The notes beneath the pieces were generated by a model. It was not told the origin of the DNA. It saw nothing but the letters and a program-made list of their open reading frames with translations, and did no database searches. 64,000 nt of DNA from sequence record MW218148.1; one strand, written 5' to 3'. Made by a program: the position numbers and the translations under genes. Below are positions 8,797-18,300 of this stretch, piece by piece (positions within the stretch are counted from its first letter, which is position 1; each line of letters opens with the position of its first letter).

Positions 8797-10077
8797 CTAT
8801 ATAATGAAATAAAGAGTGTTAGGATCCTTTTCAGCTAAAGAATCATATTCATCTCTAGTATATACTTTAGGCGGTACTGATACTCCTGGATCACCTTTAG
8901 GACCTTGATCACCTTGAGGACCTTTTATTGAAATTTGTTTGGCATAAGTATTTGTACCAGTTTTCTTATATAAGTCACCATTATTAATTAAAACATAATC
9001 ACCAGTTCGGTATGAAGTACTTCCGCCATTAGTATCAGTAGGAGCAGTTGCAATGTTTGCAGTATATATAGAATAACCTATAGCACCCGTTGACCCTACA
9101 GCACCTCTAATACTATACTGCTTAGTATAAGTATTAACGCCAGTTTTCTTATATAAGTCACCATTATTAATTAAAACATGGTCACCGATACGATAAGATT
9201 CATTACCGCCATTAGTATCAGTAGGAGCAACTGCAATATTAGCTGTATAGATAGAGAATCCTTGTGGACCAGTTGGACCTTGAGGACCTGGATCACCTTC
9301 ATATATTGAAGCATTTTCTACCATATAATTTTTAAGGTTGGTTTTGTAATCCCCAATAGTATTTTCAAAATTAGTTATCTTAGTATTAAAAGATTCTTGA
9401 GCTAACTTTAATGTTTCACTCTTTTCTCTAATCTCAGATAACTTTTCTTCAACTCTAATAACATCATTTTCCATGTTCTTAATATAGTTAGCATTTTCGC
9501 TAAGCTTTTCCATCTCATCATTAAGAGACATAGCATTATTAAAGTTACTTTGGAAGTTATTTTTAACTGTTTCAAAACTGTTTAATTGCTCTTTAAGAGA
9601 GTCTAATTTATTCTGAGTTTCAGAGACTACATTATCAATCTCTTGTCTACCGGATTCAATTTCACCTTTTTTATCAGTAACTATTTTATTGAATTGCTCT
9701 AGTCCTTGAATGTATTCATTAAGTTCTTCATTACCAACTGAATTATCTTTAATTTTCTCTAATACGTCATTAATATTCTTTTCAATAGCAGAACTATCAG
9801 ATACCATTATTCTTATTTGTTTGAAAGTTTCGTTTATTTGTAGATATTTTTGTTCTATGAATTTTTCAGTAGATTCAAAAGTAGCTACTTCATAAACACC
9901 GTCTTCATTAATATCTTCATAAGAAGAACTAGATACAATATTATATTGTATTCCCATAAGTTGGTATAATTTTATTAAATCTTTATTAATATAAAACGGT
10001 TTATTAATTGGTCCCATACCTTTATTAGGTATAAAAGTTTTATGTGGTACAGTTATCAATATTTTATTTTCATCCAT
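8797..10077 (-). CDS. Fibre protein: N-terminal shared module, coiled coil, collagen G-X-Y segments
   Basis: Heptad-rich centre, GDPGPQGPTGPQG and GPQGDQGPKGDPG, 61-aa internal duplication, C-terminus YTRDEYDSLAEKDPNTLYFII typical of phage fibres. Confidence 0.75.
   Translation of the reverse strand: MDENKILITVPHKTFIPNKGMGPINKPFYINKDLIKLYQLMGIQYNIVSSSSYEDINEDGVYEVATFESTEKFIEQKYLQINETFKQIRIMVSDSSAIEKNINDVLEKIKDNSVGNEELNEYIQGLEQFNKIVTDKKGEIESGRQEIDNVVSETQNKLDSLKEQLNSFETVKNNFQSNFNNAMSLNDEMEKLSENANYIKNMENDVIRVEEKLSEIREKSETLKLAQESFNTKITNFENTIGDYKTNLKNYMVENASIYEGDPGPQGPTGPQGFSIYTANIAVAPTDTNGGNESYRIGDHVLINNGDLYKKTGVNTYTKQYSIRGAVGSTGAIGYSIYTANIATAPTDTNGGSTSYRTGDYVLINNGDLYKKTGTNTYAKQISIKGPQGDQGPKGDPGVSVPPKVYTRDEYDSLAEKDPNTLYFII
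8900..9260 (-). repeat. 183-nt (61-aa) tandem duplication in the fibre gene
   Basis: 40-nt identical blocks at 8957-8996 and 9140-9179; protein repeat G(F/Y)SIYTANIA.APTDTNGG..SYR.GD.VLINNGDLYKKTG.NTY.KQ.SI.G. Confidence 0.9.
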
Positions 10078-10115
10078 GATGATTTAGCCCTCTCTTTCTA
10101 AATATATGCAATATA

Positions 10116-10196
10116 AACCCCCTAATACACGTTATAAACCGATGATTTTTCTATATAGGTTTGCGGCTCATCGTTTAAAAATGTATTAGGGGATCT
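10116..10196 (-). other. Long (about 80 nt) hairpin in the 5' leader of the fibre/LamG operon
   Basis: CCCCTAATACA / TGTATTAGGGG outer stem with an inner TAAAC.GATGA / TCATCGTTTA stem, just downstream of the late promoter at 10218. Confidence 0.6.
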
Positions 10197-10206
10197 GGAA
10201 TTATTA

Positions 10207-10218
10207 TATAATAATGTT
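10207..10218 (-). promoter_or_regulatory. Late promoter AACA-N6-TA
   Basis: AACA ttatta TA upstream of the fibre operon. Confidence 0.6.
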
Positions 10219-10225
10219 ATATGAA

Positions 10226-12679
10226 TTACGAGTTAATAATTTTGAATTTATTTTCATTATTAAAATCTTGTTCTAATCTTTCTTCATTAGTTAATATTTC
10301 TTGGAGGTCTTTTGTATCCATATCAAAATTAACTTTCTTACCATTGATAGATAGGGAAGATTCACTTAGAATAATATCTTTAGAAGTATTTAAATCATTG
10401 ATATTTTCATCTAAGTATTTCTTTACTCTAACTTTTTCTTCATTAGTTACGTTCTCATAAGCTTCAAATACCATATCTTCATAGTATTCTTCTAACGATT
10501 CTTCGTAACCTTCATAAAGAACATCATCTTTGTTTTTCAAGTCAAACATAATGCTTTCTTCTAATGCTTCTAAATCAACTTCTTCATTTAGAGTATCTTT
10601 AACATCTTCGTTAACTTCATCTAGTGGATTAAGTAAGTTTTCTAATAAACCTGATTCAGATTCATTATTAACACGTTGAACTACATTCATACTAAATTCT
10701 TCTTCAAGATTTTCTAATGAAATTTCTTGGTCAGTATAGAATTCTTTAAGTACTTTATTTACTTTAGGTTCAACTACAACTACTTTCTTAAATCCTTTAC
10801 CAAAGTCAACTTTATTAACTAGTAGAGAAGAAGGATTATAAACTTTAGGTAATTCATCTAAATAAGATTCTTTATGAATAACAATATCTACACGTTTACC
10901 TAATGATTCAGATAAAGCATTGGCATATCTAACTAAATCTTTAGCTGTATAAGTTTCATTAACTTGGTCTTCATTAACTGTTTTAGTTTTAAATTCAACA
11001 TCAGTAGAACCACAATTCTCACAAACTAGTTCATCTTCGTTAGTATTAGGATCTATCTCTTCCTGAACCCCACATTCATTACAGATAACTTCTCCAACTT
11101 CTTTAGAGTTTTGTAATGCTTCTTCAATTTCTTCATTACAATTCTCACAAACTAGTTCATTTGATTCATTCATAGTTAATTTATTTCCACAGCTTTCACA
11201 AACCATTTTACCATTTTCAATTTTACCAGTTTCAGATAAGAATTGTCTAATAGTATTGATAGATTCATTAGTAACAAATATTTGTTTTTGGTCTTTGCTT
11301 TCTAACATAAATGAATTTAATAGGTTTTCATGAATCTTTTCTGAAACACCTTTAAATGATTTAACAGTAGCAAAGCTAAATTCTTCTCCAATAGCAATGA
11401 ATGGGAATGCTTTGTTTTTATCATCTACATAATTTTCATTAGCGATGATATCAACTTTTCCATCTTTTTTAACATCATCTACTTCTGGAGTACCAATAGT
11501 ATAACCTATTTTGGCATCAGTAGCTAGAATTCCATTTCTTAAATCCACGTAAGTAAATTCTGGAGCTGGATCTTTTTCATATAAATATGGACCAGGACTA
11601 GCACTTTCAGTTACAGCACCAGATACTGAAGCTGAACCATTTGCTGCTGACATTCCACCGTCACTAACAGAACTTGCACTTACATTAGAATTAGAAGTGC
11701 TTACTGAAACTGAGTTTTGAGGTCCAAAAGTAGTAGGTACTATCATTTGAGAGTCTAAGAACTTAGCTCTTAATTCAGAGTAACCAGGTCTAGTTTCTTC
11801 ATCATCATCTTCATCGAACAAAGATCCTTCTTCAATTTCATTATCTGAATTAGCTACATCAGTAGAAACAGTCTCATCTTTATCTAATATAATTGGTTCA
11901 TCATAATCAGGATGATCAGAGTCAATTATTTCTACTCCATCTTCTTCCTCAGCATCTTCAATTTCATCAAGATCATCAGATTCTTCATCGTCAAACTCTT
12001 CTTCTTTGATTAGTTCATTGAACATTTCTTCAATTTCTTCAGCATCATTAGGAATATCTCTATCTAAATCTTCATCAAAATCATCTTCAAATAAAAACAT
12101 ATCTTCATTAATGTCTTCTGAAATAATATTTCTTTTAACTAAACTTTTATGAATTTTTTCCATAACTTTTTCTTTTTTAGCTATAACAGATTTTGAATGA
12201 ATATCTTTCTTCTTAATTTTTCCTTTTTTAGTTTTACCTATAATACCTTTAAGACTATCAATATTCTTTATAAAAGTATCTTTGATTCCCTCATTAGAAT
12301 TTTCAAATTCTTCTTTAAGATTTCCATTTTTATCTTTAATTTCTTGTACTGTAATATTTGATTCTTTTAAACGGAATAATCCTTCATTCAATTCTCGTAA
12401 ATTTGCTGAAGCTACCGCTCGGAATAAATCATTCAAGACCTTCAATAATTCTTTTTCATTTCTGAATTTTCTTACAACAAAACTAAGATCTATAATATCT
12501 AATTCTTGATTTACAAATAATACACATGACATTAAGTTTTTACCTTCTATATAAAATAATGTATCTGTGACAATTTCATAACCATTTTCTCTCAAAGAGT
12601 CTGAGTATGGCATAACTGTTTCAAATAAACCATCATTAAATGCATCCAATGTTTTTTTAAGTTCTTTATTTTTTCCCAA
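10226..12679 (-). CDS. Large acidic putative prohead core/internal head protein with Zn-ribbons
   Basis: Four CxxC pairs (CESC, CENC, CNEC, CENC), D/E-rich tracts, many hydrophobic-x-E motifs (TNES, MNES, VNET, LSES, LNEE, LEES). Confidence 0.5.
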   Translation of the reverse strand: MGKNKELKKTLDAFNDGLFETVMPYSDSLRENGYEIVTDTLFYIEGKNLMSCVLFVNQELDIIDLSFVVRKFRNEKELLKVLNDLFRAVASANLRELNEGLFRLKESNITVQEIKDKNGNLKEEFENSNEGIKDTFIKNIDSLKGIIGKTKKGKIKKKDIHSKSVIAKKEKVMEKIHKSLVKRNIISEDINEDMFLFEDDFDEDLDRDIPNDAEEIEEMFNELIKEEEFDDEESDDLDEIEDAEEEDGVEIIDSDHPDYDEPIILDKDETVSTDVANSDNEIEEGSLFDEDDDEETRPGYSELRAKFLDSQMIVPTTFGPQNSVSVSTSNSNVSASSVSDGGMSAANGSASVSGAVTESASPGPYLYEKDPAPEFTYVDLRNGILATDAKIGYTIGTPEVDDVKKDGKVDIIANENYVDDKNKAFPFIAIGEEFSFATVKSFKGVSEKIHENLLNSFMLESKDQKQIFVTNESINTIRQFLSETGKIENGKMVCESCGNKLTMNESNELVCENCNEEIEEALQNSKEVGEVICNECGVQEEIDPNTNEDELVCENCGSTDVEFKTKTVNEDQVNETYTAKDLVRYANALSESLGKRVDIVIHKESYLDELPKVYNPSSLLVNKVDFGKGFKKVVVVEPKVNKVLKEFYTDQEISLENLEEEFSMNVVQRVNNESESGLLENLLNPLDEVNEDVKDTLNEEVDLEALEESIMFDLKNKDDVLYEGYEESLEEYYEDMVFEAYENVTNEEKVRVKKYLDENINDLNTSKDIILSESSLSINGKKVNFDMDTKDLQEILTNEERLEQDFNNENKFKIINS

Positions 12680-12702
12680 TGTGATTTCAATCCTTTCAGT
12701 TT

Positions 12703-13983
12703 TTATTTTCTAAAAGTTCCTTCAATACTATCTTTGATTATAAATAATATACATGGTAGTAATACGTAATCTTCTAAATCCATATCGTATTTATCATCAT
12801 AGTAATTGAAAACTTTCTCTAATATTTTTTCATCTATTTTTTCATCATTCATATACATAGAAATCAGTTTATAACGATTATCAAAATAAGTTAAACTTTT
12901 AGTACCTTGATAATCTTCATTAACTTCATTAATCTTAGTTAAATTACTTAACTCTATAAATTCATTTAATCCATCTATTATTTCTGTATCTTCTACATTT
13001 TTATGAACAAAGCTTAACTCTTTATATTTCTCTCTAAACATCTTTAAGAAGTTATCTTTAGTGTCATTAAGAGTAATAATATTAGGTAATGTCTTTTTAT
13101 CTTTTAATTTTTCATATAAAGAGAATTTATAATTCTTTTGATTTATTCTTTCATTTTTAGGATTCTTATCTTTATACGGTAATATATTTGATAAATATGT
13201 GCTAGTTTTTACTAATAAATTATTATCATATATAAATCTAGATAAGTTCAAATCTATATACTTAATAGGAGCTACTGCACTGAATTCATCTTCGTAATAT
13301 ATAAACGTATTTAATGAAGAATTATAGAAATGATCTATGAATAATTGAGAAAATTCATCAGCATATTTAATGCTATGATTAACTTGATAAAAGTCTTCTT
13401 CTAATATTAATGATTTATTATCAGTTCCAATATTTGAAAATACTGTTCTATATACGTTTGATACTTGATTTTCAATATCTTCAGTATTGACATTAAAGTT
13501 TTGGTAGTATATTTTATAATATGAAGAATTTTCTAATGAACTCATTTCTACATTAGTTATTCTATATATTCGACTAGTTCCACTTTCCTTAGATTGGTAT
13601 TGAAATACAATAAAATCGTCTGGTAAAGGTTCAATAGTGCCAGGTAATATAACTGCTTCAGATTCTAAATCTTTTTCAGTTCCCCACTCTTCATCCCATT
13701 CAATAGTAGGATTCATTTCAGATACGTTGTATAGAGGGAAATCTTTTAATTTATTATATTTCAAAGGAGAATTATCTCCAATAATTTCTTCAACATTATC
13801 TAGTGAACGATCAGAAGTAGATTTCTCATGATCTTTACTATAGTATGTAACAAAACTAGGAGCTCCTGCTTGAAACTTACTATATTTTTCTGTACCGGAT
13901 AAATATGAGGATACGTAACTATTTACAATGTCTTTTGGTTGTAAATCATCATTCGAAATAAATGTACCCATTTTAATCCTCAC
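12703..13983 (-). CDS. Conserved jumbo-phage virion structural protein (possibly neck-like)
   Basis: PSFVTYY...ST.D....EIIGDNSPLKYNKLKDFPLY...AVILPGTIEPLPDDF pattern recalled from jumbo-phage structural proteins; late promoter upstream. Specific function not established. Confidence 0.4.
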   Translation of the reverse strand: MRIKMGTFISNDDLQPKDIVNSYVSSYLSGTEKYSKFQAGAPSFVTYYSKDHEKSTSDRSLDNVEEIIGDNSPLKYNKLKDFPLYNVSEMNPTIEWDEEWGTEKDLESEAVILPGTIEPLPDDFIVFQYQSKESGTSRIYRITNVEMSSLENSSYYKIYYQNFNVNTEDIENQVSNVYRTVFSNIGTDNKSLILEEDFYQVNHSIKYADEFSQLFIDHFYNSSLNTFIYYEDEFSAVAPIKYIDLNLSRFIYDNNLLVKTSTYLSNILPYKDKNPKNERINQKNYKFSLYEKLKDKKTLPNIITLNDTKDNFLKMFREKYKELSFVHKNVEDTEIIDGLNEFIELSNLTKINEVNEDYQGTKSLTYFDNRYKLISMYMNDEKIDEKILEKVFNYYDDKYDMDLEDYVLLPCILFIIKDSIEGTFRK

Positions 13984-14003
13984 TTTCTTATTTAATTTTC
14001 GTA

Positions 14004-14015
14004 TATGGTATTGTT
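14004..14015 (-). promoter_or_regulatory. Late promoter AACA-N6-TA
   Basis: AACA atacca TA upstream of 13983. Confidence 0.65.
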
Positions 14016-14042
14016 ATCTTTGATTACTTTTTTAATATAATA

Positions 14043-14075
14043 ATCCCAATACCTATCGATTTAAGGTATTGGGAT
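14043..14075 (-). terminator. Terminator
   Basis: ATCCCAATACCT / AGGTATTGGGAT stem, loop ATCGATTTA. Confidence 0.7.
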
Positions 14076-14085
14076 ATTTAAGAAA

Positions 14086-14592
14086 TTAAAGACCGAATTC
14101 TTTATCTAATGATTCTTCTAAAGAACTAATCTCTTCATTTGTAACTGGGTTCTCTTCAACGGCTTCAAATAAGCTGAATAAAGCTTCTTGAACTGGATCA
14201 ACTACAGAATTAATTTTATCTTCCATAGCTTCATTTACCTTAGTAGGTAATTTTTTGAATAGGTCAACGTATTTTTTCTCATTAGCGTCTGCCCATTTTT
14301 CAGCACGTCTAGGGTCACTGAAAGCACATACGAAAATTTTGCGAGTCATAAAACCTGTTGAACCTGATTTATCTTTTAAACGGTAAGTAAAGTAAACAGA
14401 TTTACCGATATTAGTTAAACCATATTCTTCGTCAAATTTTTTACCTTTAGCAACTAAAACTGCTTTCTTTTTAGTTGCACGTGCAACGAATGCATCCTGA
14501 ATATCTTTATCTGAAGCGTTTAATAATTTACGTAAAGTATCTTTAACTTTACCTTCTTGTAAGAAAGTTTCTTTAATTAATTCTACTGACAT
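14086..14592 (-). CDS. Putative internal head protein, paralog of 14650..15207
   Basis: AEKWADANEKKYVDLFKKLP matches AQKWVQSNGNKFVSIFKKAP; LQEG, VNEA, LEES motifs. Confidence 0.5.
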   Translation of the reverse strand: MSVELIKETFLQEGKVKDTLRKLLNASDKDIQDAFVARATKKKAVLVAKGKKFDEEYGLTNIGKSVYFTYRLKDKSGSTGFMTRKIFVCAFSDPRRAEKWADANEKKYVDLFKKLPTKVNEAMEDKINSVVDPVQEALFSLFEAVEENPVTNEEISSLEESLDKEFGL

Positions 14593-14629
14593 ATTATAAT
14601 TTCCTCATTTCATTTTAATATTTTTATTA

Positions 14630-14641
14630 TATAAATTAGTT
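14630..14641 (-). promoter_or_regulatory. Late promoter variant AACT-N6-TA
   Basis: AACT aattta TA upstream of 14592. Confidence 0.45.
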
Positions 14642-14649
14642 TAAATAAA

Positions 14650-15207
14650 TTATAATTTAAATTCTTCATCCAATAATTGCTCTAAGTTTTCAATAACCTT
14701 ATCATCTTTACTAACTTCAGGTTTCTTATCAGGAGCTTTCTTAAAGATGGATACAAATTTATTTCCATTACTTTGAACCCATTTTTGTGCATCTTTGAAA
14801 TGATCTGCAACTATTCCAATAGGTATTCTTCTAATTTTATCTTTACCTTTATACTTGATAGGTACTTCTAAAGCAGCGTTTTTACCACCAGTACGTTTGG
14901 CTACCACTACAACATTACCGGAATCAATCTTAATACCTTTACTTTTAGCTTTTATTTTAAAATTCATACAAGCTTTAGAAAAATCCGCTTCAAGAGTATC
15001 AGGCTCAACAATTCCTTCTTGAACTGCTACATCTTGAGTATTTCCACAATCTTCACACACTAATTGTCCTGATTCATTTGAAGACATTTTAGAACCGCAC
15101 TCTTCACAAATAGGTTCTTCTTTATCAGTGTCAATATCACGCTTTAATTCTTCATTAACTAAACCAAATTCTTTATCTAAAGATTCTTCTAGTAATTTAA
15201 GATCCAT
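14650..15207 (-). CDS. Putative internal head protein with Zn-ribbon
   Basis: ICEECGSKMSSNESGQLVCEDCG; LLEES, VNEE, VQEG motifs; paralog of 14086..14592. Confidence 0.5.
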   Translation of the reverse strand: MDLKLLEESLDKEFGLVNEELKRDIDTDKEEPICEECGSKMSSNESGQLVCEDCGNTQDVAVQEGIVEPDTLEADFSKACMNFKIKAKSKGIKIDSGNVVVVAKRTGGKNAALEVPIKYKGKDKIRRIPIGIVADHFKDAQKWVQSNGNKFVSIFKKAPDKKPEVSKDDKVIENLEQLLDEEFKL

Positions 15208-15239
15208 TATATTTTCCTCTTTTCTATTTATTTTATTAA

Positions 15240-15251
15240 TATTAATGTGTT
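15240..15251 (-). promoter_or_regulatory. Late promoter AACA-N6-TA
   Basis: AACA cattaa TA upstream of 15207. Confidence 0.65.
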
Positions 15252-15270
15252 AAAATATTATATCACTAAA

Positions 15271-15303
15271 AATAACCCTAACCAAAATGCAAATGGTTAG
15301 GGC
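15271..15303 (-). terminator. Terminator after RNAP beta
   Basis: CCCTAACCA / TGGTTAGGG stem. Confidence 0.6.
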
Positions 15304-15311
15304 ATATAATA

Positions 15312-18300
15312 TTAAATCATTTCTTTTACTTTACGTTTTAATTCGATTAATGCTTTATTAGTAAAGAGCATCAAGTAAATATCGGTAGTCATACGAGATA
15401 CGATACTTAGTGGAGAGAATATAGCTTCAATTTCTTCATCAGGTCTATATTCTGCATAAGGTGATTCATTAGGAGGAGTAACATCGGCAATAACTGTTTT
15501 ACATGCACCGTAGAAACTAATCTTATCACCAATACTCATATCATCTTCATACTCTGTGAAGATTTCAATAAGTACTCCATCTACTTTTTCACCTTTAATT
15601 TTCTCACTATTAATTTTCTCAACTGCAGGAATATCTACGTCTAGACCAGGTAATGTAGATTTATTACCTTTCACAGCATCTTTATATTCCTTATATTTAT
15701 TCTTAGATTTGTTAATATATCCATTAACTAACTTAGATAGTGTAGGAGACATATTTTCAATATCATCATTATAATAGATATTTACTTTCTTGATAACTCC
15801 GGTATATTTACTTCTTACTGCACGATTTGATATATCTTGGATTTCTTGTTCAAATTCAGAACCGATTTTATCTAGTAAAGAACCAATTCCTACGTCATCA
15901 AATGAATTCTCAAATATCATTAATGGATCTCCAGTACGTACATTTTGACCTTCTTTAACGATATATTGAATATTTGTATTAGAAGCTAAGTTAACTGTTT
16001 TCTTCATAGTAACTTTAGTTGACATCGCTTCAGACATACTATTAGAGATAATGGAACTATCTTCATACGTACCATAGCTTGAAGCAACTGCAACTTTTGA
16101 TAATTTACCTGCAGCAAATTGAATATCATTTTTACTACCTGAACCAGCAAAGTAATCATCATTCTTAGCTAATATTTGACCTTTATTAAATTTATTTCCA
16201 ACCTCAAATTGTGGAGTAAGTTTATTATTTTGATAGAAACCACCATTAGAGTTCTTAGCAAGTTTTTCAGATATATCAATTACATCTTTATCTCCATTAA
16301 CATATTCAACAGTCATCAGACCAGTCTTTTCATTAACAGATATAACTTTACCATCTTCTTTAGCTTTAAAGGCAAAGGTATCAGATATTTGATAAGCTAA
16401 AGCTTTATCCACACCAGATCCAACTAATGGACGATCATTTGTCTTAGTGGCAATTAAATGCTTAGCTTGAGTACCTGTCATTCCTATACGTGGTGAGTCG
16501 GCATGTTTACTAGTATAGGGGTTGAGTAATTCTAATGGAGTGTACAATGCAGTATCAGGAACGTTTTCTTTCTTATTACCATCGGTATATCCACGAGTAG
16601 ATTTAATTTGTGTATCATATGAAAGTTGTCTAACTATACCTACCTTATTAGAGTCAGGAGTGGATATTCCTAATATACCTTGCATACTTTCATCGTAAGA
16701 ACGAATATCGGGTTCATATGATTGTTCAGAGTTACGTCCAGCCGGACCTTTAAATGTAACAGAAGTCATTTTATCTATTTCTAAGTTAGGGTTTAAATCA
16801 GATACTTCATCAACTGTTGGCTGTTCCATAATTGTCTTGATCAATTGGTCTTGTTTAACAGAAATATTTCTAGGATTCTTATTATTGTAAGAGTCAGAAT
16901 ATTCTTTATAAGCGTTCGCCATCATTTTATATAATAATGCATTGATTTGCTCTGGACCACGAACACGATAAATTCCCATATCATTATGGTCTTTAGCTGA
17001 TACATCTTCTAACATTGTGTTAGCTAATAGTAATAATTCAACCATATTGTCAGGAAGTTTTAAGTCTTTCAATACTTCTTTAGTAATAGGATCCATTGCT
17101 AAATCCATAGTATTTTTAATACCTTTACCAACATTACGACTGTAGAATTTATCATTGAAATATTCTAAGTAAGGTGTTTCAGTTTCAAAATCACTGAAGT
17201 TATATTGAGAAGTAGGTAATACAGTTAATCCAGACATTAATAAATCAAATCTCAATTTATCCGTAGAGTATATTAAATAACCATCTTGGAATTTAATCTT
17301 ATTCTTCTTATCATGAATACTGATTCTTTCATTTTCTTCAGTAAATTTGTAATCAACCTCATACAAATCAAGAATATGCGTTAAACCTTTATAGAATCCT
17401 AATAATAAGATTGTAGGAACTAATTTATTGGTAATCTTAACACGAGAAAATGCCATAGTTTTATTAGATTGAATATTTTTACTAAATTTCTTATCAATAA
17501 CACCAAAGTCAACCTCATCATCTAATTTCTCAATTAAGTAATCAAATATATTTACTTTCATAGACTTGATATTAGATTTTCCACACTCATACATAACTGA
17601 TTCAGTTTTATCAGCTAAAATTAATTTAGACTTATTAACATTATAGCCAATAGGGAAATATTTATCTTGATCATAGTCTATTTGAGATAAACTATTGCTA
17701 TTGGAAATCATTCCTAATAAACTTCTTTGGTTGAATTCAAGAGTATTAATTTCATCTTTAAAAGTTAAAATATTTCTTGATAAACTGTTATAAATAACTG
17801 AAGTAACATATTTATCATTGATTAAAGAAGCATTACCTTTCTTAACAGATAACTTAGATTTACTTTCAATATATTCTATAACTTGATCATCTTCAATAAC
17901 TTTTTTAATCCATTCAGTTTCAGCGTTTTCTTTATAACCAAATTTTTCTATAATGAATTTATTATAGTTAGTTGTGATCCAAACTGTGTCTGGTCTATAC
18001 TTAACAATTGGCCACATCATTAACTGTTTAGTAAGAACTTTCTTACCTCCATTAAGTTTCATATACTTACCGTCAATAACTTTAGGTACATCAAACTTAA
18101 CATTGTGAGTTAATCCATCTGGGCTCTTGAATTGAACTTTAACAGTGTTCTTTAATGATTGACTATCCGAATTATCCAACACTTCCATTTTATTAATGAA
18201 TACTGGAATTTCTTCATTGTCATTAAAACTCTTCATGATATCAATAAAATCTTTATTAAAAGTTTTTTCCATATAAGATTTATCAAAGTCATTAGAAGCA

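Noticed and set aside
8780-8799. Readthrough or frameshift fusion of the fibre to the first LamG
   Set aside because: 16-nt out-of-frame spacer with its own SD (AAAGGATGG) and no slippery sequence; independent initiation is simpler.
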